This document shows, piece after piece, positions 13,223 through 28,199 of a stretch of 64,000 nt of DNA. The stretch is taken from assembly GCA_964016885.1 (NCBI GenBank), contig OZ024753.1, positions 25,978,001 through 26,042,000 of the forward strand. Reading direction: 5' to 3'. Position 1 is the stretch's first letter. The number at the start of each line of letters is the position of its first letter. The notes beneath the pieces are model-generated. The model ran no database searches. It had not been told where the DNA came from and saw nothing but the letters and a program-made list of their open reading frames with translations. The stretch is from Eledone cirrhosa (Eukaryota). The position numbers and the translations under genes are program-made.

Positions 13223-16200
13223 AGACGTTTTTTCTCTCAGTTGCCACCGTTGGTCTCTATTCTCCGTCATGTGTAGAAGGGTCTCTCTCTTGAGACCAGT
13301 CTTTGATGTTGTCGGACCAGGATTTTCTTTGTCTGCCTTTTCTTCGCCCTCTCTCGACTGTGGATGGTTTGGGACAAGGAGTTGTTGGGGGATATATGAC
13401 CATACCAGGCAAACTTCCTTGTTTTTACCATCGCACGGAGTTTTTCCTGTCTACCCGGATACGTGTTAACTTGTTGCCTGACAAACCTGTTTGCTTTGTG
13501 CTCCGTGTACGGGATGTGTAGCACCTCTCTAAAGTACTTGTGCTCCATGTACGGGATGTGTAGCACCTTTCTGAAGTACTTGTGCTCCATGTACGGGATG
13601 TGTAGCACCTTTCTGAAGTACTTGTGCTCCATGTACGGGATGTGTAGCACCTTTCTGAAGTACTTGTGCTCCATGTACGGGATGTGTAGCACCTTTCTGA
13701 AGTACTTGTGCTCCATGTACGGGATGTGTAGCACCTTTCTGAAGTCCTTGTGCTCCATGTACGGGATGTGTAGCACCTTTCTGAAGTACTTGTGCTCCAT
13801 GTACGGGATGTGTTGCACCTTTCTGAAGTACTTGTGCTCCATGTACGGGATGTGTAGCACCTTTCTGAAGTGCTTGTGCTCCATGTACAGGATGTGTAGC
13901 ACCTCTCTGAAGTACTTGTGCTCCATGTACGGGATGTGTAGCACCTTTCTGAAGTACTTGTGCTCCATGTACGGGATGTGTAGCACCTTTCTGAAGTACT
14001 TGTGCTCCATGTACGGGATGTGTAGCACCTTTCTGAAGTACTTGTGCTCCATGTACGGGATGTGTAGCACCTTTCTGAAGTCCTTGTGCTCCATGTACGG
14101 GATGTCTAGCACCTTTCTGAAGTACTTGTGCTCCATGTACGGGATGTGTTGCACCTTTCTGAAGTACTTGTGCTCCATGTAGGGATGTGTAGCACCTTTC
14201 TGAAGTGCTTGTGCTCCATGTACAGGATGTGTAGCACCTCTCTGAAGTACTTGTGCTCCATGTACGGGATGTGTAGCACCTTTCTGAAGTACTTGTGCTC
14301 CATGTACGGGATGTGTAGCACCTTTCTGAAGTACTTGTGCTCCATGTACGGGATGTGTAGCACCTTTCTGAAGTACTTGTGCTCCTTGTACGGGATGTGT
14401 AGCACCTTTCTAAAGTACTTGTGCTCCATGTACGGGATGTGTAGCACCTTTCTAAAGTACTTGTGCTCCATGTACGGGATGTGTAGCACCTCTCTGAAGT
14501 ACTTGTGCTCCATGTACGGGATGTGTAGCACCTTTCTGAAGTACTTGTGCTCCATGTACGGGATGGGTAACACCTTTCTGATGTACTTGTGCTCCATGTA
14601 CGGGATGTGTAACACCTTTCTGAAGTACTTGTGCTCAATGTACGGGATGTGTAGCACCTTTCTGAAGTACTTGTGCTCCATGTACGGGATGTGTAGCACC
14701 TTTCTAAAGTACTTGTGCTCCATGTACGGGATGTGTAGCACCTTTCTGAAGTACTTGTGCTCCATGTACGGGATGTGTAGCACCTTTCTAAAGTACTTGT
14801 GCTCCATGTACGGGATGTGTAGCACCTTTCTAAAGTACTTGTGCTCCATGTACGGGATGTGTAGCACCTCTCTGAAGTACTTGTGCTCCATGTACGGGAT
14901 GTGTAGCACCTTTCTGAAGTACTTGTGCTCCATGTACGGGATGTGTAGCACCTTTCTGAAGTACTTGTGCTCCATGTACGGGATGTGTAACACCTTTCTG
15001 AAGTACTTGTGCTCCATGTACGGGATGTGTAGCACCTTTCTGAAGTACTTGTGCTCCATGTACAGGATGTGTAGCACCTCTCTGAAGTACTTGTGCTCCA
15101 TGTACGGGATGTGTAGCACCTTTCTGAAGTACTTGTGCTCCATGTACGGGATGTGTAGCACCTTTCTGAAGTACTTGTGCTCCATGTACGGGATGTGTAA
15201 CACCTTTCTGAAGTACTTGTGATCCATGTACGGGATGTGTAGCACCTTTCTGAAGTACTTGTGCTCAATGTACGGGATGTGTAGCACCTTTCTGAAGTAC
15301 TTGTGCTCCATGTACGGGATGTGTAGCACCTTTCTGAAGTACTTGTGCTCCATGAACGGGATGTGTAACACCTTTCTGAAGTACTTGTGCTCCATGTACG
15401 GGATGTGTAACACCTTTCCGAAGTACTTGTGCTCCATGTACGGGATGTGTAGCACCTTTCTGAAGTACTTGTACTCCATGTACAGGATGTGTAACACCTT
15501 TCTGAAGTACTTGTGTTCCATGTACGGGATGTGTAGCACCTTTCTGAAGTACTTGTGCTCCATGTACGGGATGTGTAGCACCTTTCTGAAGTACTTGTGC
15601 CCCATGTACGGGATGTGTAGCACCTCTCTGAAGTACTTGTCCTCCATGTACGGGATGTGTAGCACCTTTCTGAAGTACTTGTGCTCCATGTACGGGATGT
15701 GTAGCACCTTTCTGAAGTACTTGTGCTCCATGTACGGGATGTGTAGCACCTTTCTGAAGTACTTGTGCTCCATGTACGGGATGTGTAGCACCTCTCTGAA
15801 GTACTTGTCCTCCATGGACGGGATGTGTAGCACCTTTCTGAAGTACTTGTGCTCCATGTACAGGATGTGTAGCACCTCTCTGAAGTACTTGTGCTCCATG
15901 TACAGGATGTGTAGCACCTCTCTGAAGTACTTGTGCTCCATGTACGGGATGTGTAGCACCTTTCTGAAGTACTTGTGCTCCATGTACGGGATGTGTAGCA
16001 CCTTTCTGAAGTACCTGTGCTCAAATGATTAGATTCTTCATTCCATAACAGCTGTGCGAGTCCAACTTTCTCACCCATAGAAAGTCACCAAGGACTTGTA
16101 TAATTTGAGCTTCGTTAGAAAACTAATGGAGTTGCTTTTCCATATGACATTAAGCTTTACAATGGCAGGAGTATCCAGGGCGAATCTTCTCTCTCAATAT

Positions 16201-16735
16201 CTCCTTTTGAGATCTGCCATGTTTGATGAGAGTGCATCCTAGGTACTTGAAGGTTTCCACTTCTTCAAGCTTTCCTCTACTCAGCATGTTGTTTGTTGCT
16301 GTTTTCTGATTATAACTATTAACCCTAATCTTTCTCTGTTCTGCGCTGATCTCGATTCCATATAATTCTGGTTCTGTTTCCAGTCTGGAAGTGAGCTCCT
16401 GGAGTTTTGCTTCATGGATTTCTAACAGGTCATCAGTAAATCGCAGATTGGATATGTGCCATCCTCCAATGGAAACTGAGGTGTGGAAGTCCTGGAGAGT
16501 CCCTTGTATGATGTTTTCCTGGAAGATATTGAAAACCTCCGGAGAAAGGAGACACCAATGTCGAACTCCTACTGTTGTTCTGAAGAATTCTCCAATGTTG
16601 TTATTCAGGAGAACTGCACTGTTTCAGTTGTCATACAGTGTTTTAATTACTTCAATGAGGTTGGGGTCAAAGTTGTAATCCTTCATCACCTCCCACAAAC
16701 CCTAACACGGTCAAAGGCAATTTTCAAATAGATAT
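13200..16735 (-). mobile_element. RTE-clade LINE pseudogene (RT and C-terminus) interrupted by a minisatellite
   Basis: Minus strand reads VGVRHWCLLSPEVFNI and NLRFTDDL (RT motifs) at ~16.4-16.6 kb, KLKLYKSLV at ~16.1 kb and KFAWYGHI at ~13.4 kb; stops and frameshifts present. Confidence 0.85.
13498..16022. repeat. 42-bp minisatellite, ~60 copies
   Basis: Unit TGTGCTCCATGTACGGGATGTGTAGCACCTTTCTGAAGTACT, encoding MEHKYFRKVLHIPY on the minus strand. Confidence 0.97.
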
Positions 16736-16786
16736 GAGCTATAAATCGGAAGACCTACATAAGATTCAAATCTCTTATATATATAC

Positions 16787-16850
<64 letters not shown>

Positions 16851-19039
16851 ATTATATATATCATTCAGAAAATCGATACGTTTTTGAGAAATCAGCAACT
16901 TCAGTAATCTTTAATTAAATTACATTTTATAATTTAATAATTTTGAAAGGAAGCCAAATGATTTTTATAGATTTTTTTTCGTTTCAATTACTTTCACTCA
17001 AATAATGGGCAATGTCTCTGATTAAGAATTCGTCTTTTCGATAAATAAATAAATAAAATAGGTGTACATTTATTTCGATAAGTCTTGATTAGAATTACTT
17101 CTACAAAATGTGTTGTTCAAATTTTTAAGAAATATAAATATTTATAAAAACCTTACGGAGAACATTGATTGCCTTGTTTAGTTGATAAATCTGAATTTTG
17201 TCTTTCTTCCAATCCGATCGTCGAATTGGGATACAGGACTCGTTGGAAGGAGTGTTTGAGGTCTCTTCCCCCCGCAACCCCCTCAGGAATAAGTGGGTGA
17301 AGGAGGAGAAGCGAAAGAGAAGTTGGGGATAATTCAATAAGCTTCTATTCTGAGTTCCAATCCAGTTGTAGTAAACTTTACATTTCTTCCTTCTGGGGTC
17401 GATAAATAAAGTACCAGTTTAAACCAACGAACCTACGAAATCGTTAGTGATTTGGGCGGGATACATGACCGTATGTGTTCTCGGTTTTTGTATTCTACAT
17501 TCAAATCCCACCGTGGGCTACGTGGGTGATAGAATTAATCTGTCGCAGGATTTAACACCAATATCTCACCTCTGGTTTCCTTTAGCGAAGTTTGTTCTAT
17601 TACTATCACGAGTCTCGATCTCGGGTTTAAGGATATCTCCCTTGCTCCCTCCAGTCTTAGGAGCCCTAAAATGAAACGGTGGTCATAATGAAACATCTTT
17701 CACCATAGGTCAGCTTCATCAAATCTGATTAGGGATCTAAATTCTAACAATTTTGTTTGTGTGTGTATGAGTTTATGACCCGAAACAAGAAAAGGAAAAG
17801 AAACGGCCTTATTTCAACGAAGGGTGTGACATATTCATTACTATGCTGTAATGACCTTTAGTTCAACATTTTACCGCAACTACAAGCTAAGGAATTCTTG
17901 CTATAAAGAATATCACGGAATCGTATTTGAAATTAAAACTGTTCGTGATAATCCATGTTGGTTACATACAGAATAGCTCCTTCTAGATTACATCAAGTAT
18001 AGCATAAGTGACAACTTCGAATTACATAATTTGTTGAACTTCACCAAATTGCATGTACAGAACGAACAGAACGAAGTAGTATGACATATTATATATCATT
18101 AATATTAAAAATAAAAGATCACTGGTTAAAATGGTTAATAATCTGCATAGCTCTCTAAACATTCAGCTAAAACCAAGTGATCAAAATGGCGTCGTTAAAA
18201 AGGATTTATTATGTCATGACTGTTCAACCAAGCATCATTATGTATCAAACATACCAGTAATGCACTGGGAAATTGCTGGCCTTGTGCCTAAAGTAGAAAC
18301 AATTATGTTATCAAACATTATACGTGACGTTGTAAATTAGGAACATCATTGTAAGATTCATTTCAATACATTTCCTGATACTGTTTTCACTGTCCGTGTC
18401 TCTTGGTTTGTTCAACAAACGTTAACAAAAGTTTTCTGAATCATCTTCTCGCTGTCCTTCTATTAATACAAAAGATTTTCACTTTGTGGGCTTTCTAAGG
18501 ATTTTTGACTACAAGCTTTCGATTAGATTCAGGTGAAGTTTGTGGATAAATAGCCCTTATAAACGACCTTGAATTTTTGAAATATCTAATGAAACGCCTA
18601 AATTGAAAGGATGACCCTGAAGGTGATGGTTCAGCCTTTGAACATACATTACTCCCATAGCATAATTATCATTACTATAATATAATTTCATAATTTCCAG
18701 CTAAATATTCACTTTGTTGTCAATTTGCAATATAGAATAAATGTTTCTAACTTATTCACAAAATTTAATGAGGGACACACACTCTATTTTATCGACCTGA
18801 GTATTTATAGCATGCATATTTTATTGATTACGGAGGAAAATATACCCCTTCATCGATAACAACTGCAAGATCAGAAAACAAAAGTCAATAACGTCAGAAG
18901 TCTACACCGCTACAGATTCGATGTATAGGTACGAGGGTTTGATTTGATCTAGGATTTAGTTGCTATTTCTAATAGAGCGAGCGATTTCGACACAGGAATT
19001 TTGATCCCTCCTGGTCCAGTGTAACTGTGTTGTATTGTA

Positions 19040-21250
19040 TTTGTGTTTGCAGATTGCTATTGTAGGGCTTGAAATTGTCCAGCATTAAACTGCATGTTGT
19101 TGTCCTCAGTTCATTTGTATATGGCATTCAGATCTTGCTGTAAAAGGGCAGCGTCAGTCGGGTTTTTGATTGCCTGTGCTACCTTAGTGTCATCAGCATA
19201 GCTAGTGAGGGATGTTGTATGTACTACAGAGGGCATGTCTGAGAGAGCCACCAAAAACAGTAGTGGTCCCAAGACTCTGCTCTGGGGCAGCCCACTTGTT
19301 ATTGATGTTTCCTGCGACTGTCTAGCTTCTGTCTTTTAAAAAGTTGTGCAGCCACTCACCTACTTTTCCAGTTATGCCGAGTCCGTGTAGTTTGTGACAT
19401 ATCATTCCGTGGTCGACCTTGTCAAAGGCCTTCGCAAAGTCAAGATATATCACGTCCACATCTGAGCTGTCTAGCAGTTGTTTCAGTACGCAATCATAGT
19501 GTTGTAGCAGCTGTATAAGGCAGCTTCTTACTGGGCGGAAGCCATGCTGCGTGCTAGTCAGGCGGTCATTTTCCTCGAGGAAAGTGATGTTTCTTTCTGA
19601 TAATTCCCTCCATGACCTTACTGATATATGACGTGAGGGAGACTGGCCTATAGTTTTCGGCCTCCGCTCTTCTTCCTCCTTTATGGATAGGACATATTGT
19701 GCCTTCTTTTAGCTCTCCGAGTAATTGACCGCTAGCCAAAGAACTTTTGAAGAGGCTCGTCAGTTGTCTTGCTAAGGCACGCTTCTATCTTTAGGGAAGT
19801 GTGGCCCAATCTTGCAGTGTATCGATTCAGGCTTTTTTTGCAAATTTAAAGAAGGCCTGGCTTCTTTCTCTGTCCTCTCCTTTTCGTGGGGAAGTTTGAG
19901 TGCAGTTTCAATTTCAAGTAGTGCACGTTTCAAATAGGATTCCTTCTTCTTTTTGTGCATTCAACTGGTTTGAGAACTTTGTTCTTCGTCTCATAAGGAT
20001 TTTCCTATCTCTGGGAATAAGATTTTGTGTCCGTTGGCTTTTTTCTCCGGGACAAACTTATGACATATAATTTGTATTGTCATGCAGTGTCGAAAATATG
20101 TGTTGGTGTCTTGTGTGGTGATGTTGTCGCTCCATTTTTGCTTCCGGATCTCTTTCTTGGTATTTTCCAGTTAGCCTTGGGAAAGTTAAGGTTGGATAAG
20201 TTCCAAGTGCTTCTTGATGGTTGCGTCTCTGTTGACTCTCTCGTACCACCTATCATTAGTTCTACTAAGTTATGATCCGAGAAAATCGTTCGTGTCACAT
20301 TTACATTGTGGATGAGCACTGTATTATTTGTAAAACAGAGATCCAGGACATTCTCGCTTCTTGTTGGGAGGAGTACTGCTTGTTCCATGAACAGCCTGTG
20401 TGTGAGGGCTAACAGGAACTCCGTCTGACTCTGTTCTATTGACGTCATTCCAGGGAGGAGGTGGCCCTCAGGCCATTTGACCTTTGGCAGGTTGAAGTCT
20501 CCCAGCAATAGAATGTTGAGACCCTGGTCCAGTTTGTCAAGGACCTCTTCTATCCTGAGGCTATCCTCAAATTTACTCACATGACTAGGGGAATCGGGCG
20601 GCCGATATGTGACACATATTACCGTTTTTAGTTGCTTCATGTGTACTATCAGTGTGTCACAGACTGAGTTTGAATGTGTCAACAGTACAATTGGTGTGAC
20701 ATCTTCACGGATATACAGAGCAACCTCACCATGAGTTCTCTCCTTCCCGTCTGAACGAAATACAGTATATTTGGTATATGTATTTCTGCATCTCCTATAC
20801 TGCTTCTCAGGTGTGTTTCGGTTAGTGCCCTGCATAATGCTTGATTGCTTATAGCTAAGTCTCTCGGGTAGGGAATTTTACTTATGTTAGTGTGTTTCAC
20901 CAGGCCTCTGACGTTCAACAGCAGCACTGGTGTGACATTTGGGGTGCCAGCAATGGCTGTCGGTATGACACCTGGCCTGGTGTCAGCGGCGGCCATTCTG
21001 GGTCCCTTAATTGTGGTGGTCTCGAGTGCTGGTGTGAGAGACCCTGGCTCTGAAAACGATGCAGCCATGTCAGTTGTCCGACAATACCCTCCACCATCTC
21101 TAAAGAATTATTTTGCTATGCTGCCGCCGTCTGAATCTCAAATGTATATGCGTGCCTTCTCCTTTTTGTTGGAGTAGCTTGAATCGGTTCTGGTTTTTGC
21201 TGAGGTAATAGGTGGGGTATAGCTCACCAGTGGTCTGGGGTGAAGAAATC
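19040..21250 (-). mobile_element. CR1-like LINE pseudogene (APE endonuclease and RT)
   Basis: APE motifs LNVRGL, LTETHL, YRPP, LLGDFNLP, LDLCFTN, SDHNLV; RT motifs NYRPVSLTS, QHGFR, IYLDFAKAFDKVDHG, LGPLLF, YADDTK; frameshifted. Confidence 0.9.
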
Positions 21251-21332
21251 TACAGCCTGTCCCTGTTTCCCCATGCCAGCACTAGAACTAGGCTGTCGGG
21301 ATCCTGACTCTTTTCCTATATATACATATGTG

Positions 21333-21371
<39 letters not shown>

Positions 21372-22197
21372 ATACAGGATATTCCTCACATTTAAAGTAG
21401 TTTCATATATGACAATGCAGTATAGTAAAGAAGCTTATCAACAAAACCTCTTGCTTAAGTCTTTCCTCCATCATTATTCCACATAAAACCTGTATTTGTC
21501 AAAAGGAATTATTCCTTCACCTATTAGCTTCTGTTAAGTAATGATTATAAATATGCAATAGCTGTCGAGCAAAATGAAATCTCCAGGCGAGAGAAACCTG
21601 CCACCCGGGTTCGGGTTTTGCAGGTTCACACAAGACCTCCCAAAAATTCTTGTAACCCCTTTCTCACTCACTCACTCACTCACTCACTCACTCTATCTAT
21701 ATATATATACACCTCCTCCCGACTGAAATCACTACTGACCACCACCTACCCCCACATACTACTAACCAACCCACTCCACCCCCCACTAACGCACTAACCT
21801 CCTCCCACCTCACCCCCACTCGCACCTTTCTATCTGTCACCTCTCCCTTGCACCCCTACTTACGCCACTAACCTCAACACAACACTAACTCACCCCCCCC
21901 CCACACACACACACCCGTCACCCTCTGACCTACTAACAACCGCCACCCACCCCCATCTACTACTAACTTCACGAATCTCCCTACCCCACCTCCCCTTCAC
22001 CCCATATTCACACACTCGCTTCCTCACCCCACCCTGACACCCTCTAATCCACTAACTGACCAGTACATCCCCCACATATACATCTCCCACCACACACTTG
22101 GTTAAGTCGATTCCATTCGTTCACTACACAAAAACATACACGTACTTATACCTTAAACACACACACCCAGTAAATACACGTATGTATATCTCTAAAC

Positions 22198-22470
22198 CAG
22201 GCATGGGCAACCTTTTTTGAGAAGCGGGCCTCATGAGATATAGATCATCACCGGGCAGGCCGCAAGCGCTAATTTACAATCTTGGCCATATTAAAAAAAA
22301 GGGCGGTAAATAAGATTGTTTTAATTTGTTTCTTCAGAATCCGTACACGTTGTTTTCCTCGATCGTAAAAATAATAAAGATAAATTAAGACTGAAAAGTT
22401 GGGGTAAAGATATCAGAAAGATTTCCCTTTGGTGACTTAGGTGAGCCATTCAGAAAGGGGGCCGCATAAC
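22198..22470 (+). mobile_element. hAT-like MITE end fragment
   Basis: Starts CAGGCATGGGCAACC..GCGGGCC, a hAT-type terminus; no matching right TIR seen. Confidence 0.4.
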
Positions 22471-22932
22471 ACACACACACACACACACACCAACACCCAT
22501 ACAGGAACATAGACATGTACACCATTCCTCCCCCCCCACACACACACCAATATACTAACCCATAACACCCATATACATAACACACGCGCGTCTGTAACAT
22601 ACGACACTCACCTTTAACAAACGTTCACACACACTCGGTTCTTTTCAGACACATACTTACATCCACACAAATATACGCACACACTCACATCTACACAAAC
22701 ACACACACACTTCCACCGTCTCCTCCTAGAGTCTGAATAATTTAGCAGCCGCCACTACCCTCTCTTCCCTTCTCCCCTCAACCCACTATCACACCCATAC
22801 CGTCCCCATCCTCCCTCTGGACATATACCCCCTACCCCTTTTATTTTTTATTTTATTTTTTACCTTGTAACTTCCCTACTTAGAACCCTCCTTACTCTCC
22901 CTCAGAGTTCCTGTTCTCCTATCCGAACTTTC

Positions 22933-22960
22933 CTGATGAAGGACTTATGTCAGAAACCTC
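22933..22960 (+). pseudogene. degenerate minimal hammerhead motif at the end of a C-rich element
   Basis: CTGATGA-A-GGAC-TTAT-GTCA-GAAACCTC; helix I does not pair; followed by the CAAGCGTGAACCTAATA tail shared with 26.06, 27.68 and 32.62 kb. Confidence 0.45.
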
Positions 22961-23579
22961 ATCCACTTCTATCAAGCGTGAACCTAATATAACTGTGTAC
23001 AATTGCCTCCTGTGTTTTGTTCGTTCATTTTCAACTATATATATACATATATACATACATACACACACACAGATATACACAAGCACGCACGCACGCACGC
23101 ACGCAAGCGCGCGCCCATATATGTGTGAGTGTATCCATATAAAATATGTGATTATAGTGTAGTGCTTCACTATTGCTTTTGAATCTGATAGTTTGCTTTA
23201 ACATTGTATGTATTTTGATATAGTGTTATTTGATTCTTAAAACCTTGTGAGGTTAAACGTCTTTTACATTGTATATGTTCTATATAAGTTTTCCTGAACA
23301 TATACAGTATGTAACATGTCTGATGTAGTTAATTTCCAGTTGTTCTGTAAATCAATCTGATATTTTAGCCGTATTGAAACGTGCGTAGAAAGTAAGACAA
23401 AATAATAATTTCAGGTCGTTGACTTGTTTAGAATTTTGAATATATATATATATATGTAGGAGATGAGTTTTATTGAACCACAATAAAGCAATGCAAATAT
23501 CGGATATGTAGCACTCAACAGTTTATAGGACTGAAGTATAAATAATATAAAATCAAAAGGTAGTTAAAAGAGTTCCATG

Positions 23580-23650
23580 TATTTTATTATGCGCATTTCA
23601 AAAACAAATATCATCATGGGGTGATATTTGCGTTCTCATCAGATAAAATA
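23580..23650 (-). ncRNA. type I hammerhead ribozyme motif
   Basis: Minus strand: TATTTTAT-CTGATGA-stem II-GAAA-TGCGCA-TA-ATAAAATA (8-bp helix I, palindromic helix III, AUA site). Confidence 0.8.
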
Positions 23651-23769
23651 GGGAAACATATGAAGCTTAAAAAAAAAACACTTGCGAGCAGTGAAGTGTC
23701 AAATCAACATATGTTTATTTGACACTTCACTGTTCGCAAGTGTTTTTTAAGCTTCATATCATGTCTCCC

Positions 23770-23840
23770 TATTTTATCTGATGAGAACGCAAATATCATC
23801 CCATGATGATATTTGTTTTTGAAATGCGCATAATAAAATA
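23770..23840 (+). ncRNA. type I hammerhead ribozyme motif
   Basis: TATTTTAT-CTGATGA-GAACGCAAATATCATC..GATGATATTTGTTTTT-GAAA-TGCGCA-TA-ATAAAATA; predicted cleavage after 23832. Confidence 0.82.
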
Positions 23841-24231
23841 CATGGAACTCTTTTAACCATCTTATGATTTTATATATATATATATATATATATATCCTCA
23901 TGGTATTTGTCGTATGCTTCAAAATCTGCCAGTGATATCGACCTTGTCGGTAAAAGCAGGTGTTCCACATAAGAACTTCTTACTGCGTTCTTCCGTGTCT
24001 AATCTTGCATTTTTTAATGTGTACATATCCGGTAGTGTACATTTCCGGTGTTTATATTTTAACCCAAAACGTTTCCTTCAATCTAGTCCAGGAGATGCTT
24101 GCTATGAGCTGTTATCAGAGTTAGTTATTTCCCTTTCCTATTGCTCCAGTATACTCAACTGAACATGAGTAGGGGTACCAGCAGTAATGGCTGGGAATTT
24201 AACCCTGCAATGGACTGGCGTCCTGTCCAAG

Positions 24232-24512
24232 TGGGGGCTCTTGTACCCTCTGTTGCTTGCGTCCTGACCAAGGGGGGAGTCTTGTACCCTCTGTTGCTTG
24301 CGTCTTGTCCAGGGGGGAGTCTTGTACCCTCTGTTGCTTGCGCCCTGTCCAGTGGGGAGTCTTGTACCCTCTGTTCCTTTCTCACGCTGTCCAGGGGGAG
24401 TCTTGTACCATCTGTTGCTTGCGTCTTGCCCAGTGGGGCGTCTTGTACCCAATGTTGCTTGCGTCTTGTCCAGGGGGAAGTTTTGTAACCTCTGTCACTT
24501 GCGTCTTGTCCA
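24232..24512. repeat. ~40-bp tandem repeat x7 inside a SINE-like element
   Basis: GGGGGAGTCTTGTACCCTCTGTTGCTTGCGTCTTGTCCA units following AACCCTGCAATGGACTGGCGTCCTGTCCA. Confidence 0.85.
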
Positions 24513-25019
24513 AGCTTAATGCCACGGAATAAGCGACGACCTGATGAACTTCCAGGCGAGACACTTTAGCTGATGTAGTGCTGTGAGATTGAACCATCGG
24601 CCAGTTAATAACATTTAACACTGGAGTTGAGGCGTCTTACATATTACTAAAGATATAAAATCCAACTTAATTCAGTGTATCTGGAAAACTTCAAAATTCT
24701 TCTTGATGCTATAATAATAATGATTTCTTTATTATGATGATATGTCAAGAGAGGGCGTTACACCATATGTTTTTTTATTGATTCAATATATTTTAAAATC
24801 TAATGGTTTATCAATGTGAAGTATTCACAACGATAACAACAAAAGGGTATACGACAAATTATACATCTTTCATTTGCAAACTTGAGTATCTTCCAAAACG
24901 ACATACACACACACAAACTATCTATATGTGTATGTATGTGTGAGTCTTTATATATGTATGTGTATGTTTATATAAGTATATACGTATGTCTTTATATGTA
25001 TATATGTATCTTTGGATTT

Positions 25020-25770
<751 letters not shown>

Positions 25771-26123
25771 TATAAATATATAAATGTATATATCCAAAGA
25801 CATATATACATATAAAGACATGTATGTGAAGATAAGTTTGTATTTGTGCATATAGACCTAAGTGTGTGTGTGTGCATATTAAAACTTATGTAACTATTGT
25901 CTAATGTCGCTGAAATGTACATAACGGTCGTTGATTAATAAATTAGATTATAGAAATTCAAAACTGCGTCTTCGTTTCATATGGATGTGTGTGTGAATCT
26001 AGATATACGATATACATGAAAATTATATATATATATATATATAACTCTCCCCCATTTCCGCCAAGCATGAGCCTAATATAACTGTATTTTTGTTTCTTTA
26101 GTTTCCTGTTTCTTTCATTAACA

Positions 26124-26155
<32 letters not shown>

Positions 26156-27127
26156 AAACATAAATGCATGCATACATTCACACACACACATAAATCATGT
26201 CTATTTATCACTGCAATATTTCATCTAAGCTTTTATATCTAAAAATAAGAGGGAAAAATTATAATTTCATAAACGAATCTGTTCTGTCATGGAATTGGAT
26301 AGAAATATAAAATATACATATTGGATGTTTCATTGTTCTCTAATACATTATAACATTATAAGACGATATATTCATGAATATTCCAATTATTAAGAATCTA
26401 TGTAGGATTTATTCCACGTATGTTAGAGAAATTCCAGTTCATAATGATGACCAAAAACCACAAACATAAAATATTTAACTACATTACAATTCAAAATACT
26501 TTCAAGTTTTTCTAAATTGTTGATTGATTGTTAACGTGCCAATATTTTTAAAGAAGACTACATTTGTTGTTGTTGTTGTTTTCTTCGATAAAAAAAATAG
26601 TAGATAATTATGAATATGATGTAATAGCCACATGTAAGTATGGAAAGAATAAATGGCTGACATTGTTGTGCAATATGATTCATTTTAACATCCAGAACGG
26701 ATTTTTGTCGAATATATATATATACAAATTTTAGTACAGCATTAACGAAGATTTAGGCTGCGGCTAAGCTAACGAATGCAAATTCGGAATGTAGCTTTAG
26801 CACTCGATGGAGAATAATACCCCAGAGTAATAATAATACGTTTAGACAGCTTTGCAAATCAAATATAGCGATCGGCATTCCAGCCGCATTGCCATAGCAA
26901 CGAAAATGGTTGGACTCAGGAAAAGATTTTTGACTGAACTGGACCATCACGCGGAGATCGAATGTAATATATAATGTATATCGTATAGCATACGATATAC
27001 ATCACATATAACATACAACATCCACGCTAGGTTTCTGTAAATCCGATCGACTAATTCCGCTTGCAGAGGTCTGCAAGTTAATGGCCTTTGACGACAGAAC
27101 AAAGGATTTACTTCAACAAGTCTTGCG

Positions 27128-27204
<77 letters not shown>

Positions 27205-27329
27205 GAGAAGAAAGAAGAATACTGCGTGGTTGCACATGGGTGCAAAATTAGTCCCTCGTCAGTGATTTGCCAACCATCATTGGTATTTTATCGCATTAAA
27301 AATCATATACCTCAGGTTGGTGCGAGCAA

Positions 27330-27399
<70 letters not shown>

Positions 27400-27630
27400 T
27401 GTATGTATGTATGTATGTATGTATGTATGTATGTATGTATGTATGTATGTATGTATGTATGTATGTATGTGTGTGTGTGAGTAAACAATATACGAGGCCC
27501 GAATGTTTTGGACCTTTGAAGTTTGAAGCGTTAGAAATTTCAACATGAATGGACCTGTTGTTTTTAACTAAAGACATTTTTTCTAATTCCAACACGTCCG
27601 TCCCTTCAATCTATCTTATTTCTCATTCTT

Positions 27631-27666
27631 TCTTCTGATGAAAGACTGGCCTCCGAAACATTAAGA
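27631..27666 (+). pseudogene. degenerate minimal hammerhead motif
   Basis: TCTT-CTGATGA-AAGACTGGCCTCC-GAAACAT-T-AAGA; helix I pairs, stem II is weak. Confidence 0.5.
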
Positions 27667-27747
27667 CCCTCTTCCTGCTATATCAAGCGTTAACCTCATA
27701 TATTCCATCCATATACTGTACCGATTGTGTTGTTTTTTCTGTTTACC

Positions 27748-27809
<62 letters not shown>

Positions 27810-27811
27810 AT

Positions 27812-27885
<74 letters not shown>

Positions 27886-28026
27886 ATAAGTTATATGGTT
27901 TGTTGATTATTATTCAACAGAATTAATTTTATAACAGATTTGAAGCACTCTACATCATTTTTATCTGGAGTATTATTAATATTAACAATATTAATAAATG
28001 GAAAATATCTTTATAATACCATATTC

Positions 28027-28084
28027 ATTTTATTATACATATTTCAATGACACTAGATTTTAGTGTGCTTTCATCAGATTAAAT
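28027..28084 (-). ncRNA. type I hammerhead motif (imperfect)
   Basis: Minus strand: ATTTAAT-CTGATGA-AAGCACACTA..TAGTGTCATT-GAAA-TATGTA-TA-ATAAAAT; homologous to the 38.3 kb copy. Confidence 0.6.
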
Positions 28085-28162
28085 ATATTTAGTGTTAAGA
28101 TATTGACATACCTTAGCATAGACTTAATAGTATAAGCCCGCTACCGGCAGTATTATTATATG

Positions 28163-28194
<32 letters not shown>

Positions 28195-28199
<5 letters not shown>

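Larger units (their letters stand above)
23546..23875. repeat. long palindrome (~160-bp arms, centre ~23710)
   Basis: Arms are reverse complements with a few mismatches; (TA)n on both sides. Confidence 0.9.

Noticed and set aside
11096-16022. CRISPR-like regular repeats
   Set aside because: Head-to-tail units with no unique spacers, no cas genes, eukaryotic context
23319-23392. CTGATGT..GAAACGTGCGTA possible hammerhead
   Set aside because: A9 is missing and there is no helix I
24541-24565. CTGATGA..GAGAC possible hammerhead
   Set aside because: No GAAA and no helix I or II pairing
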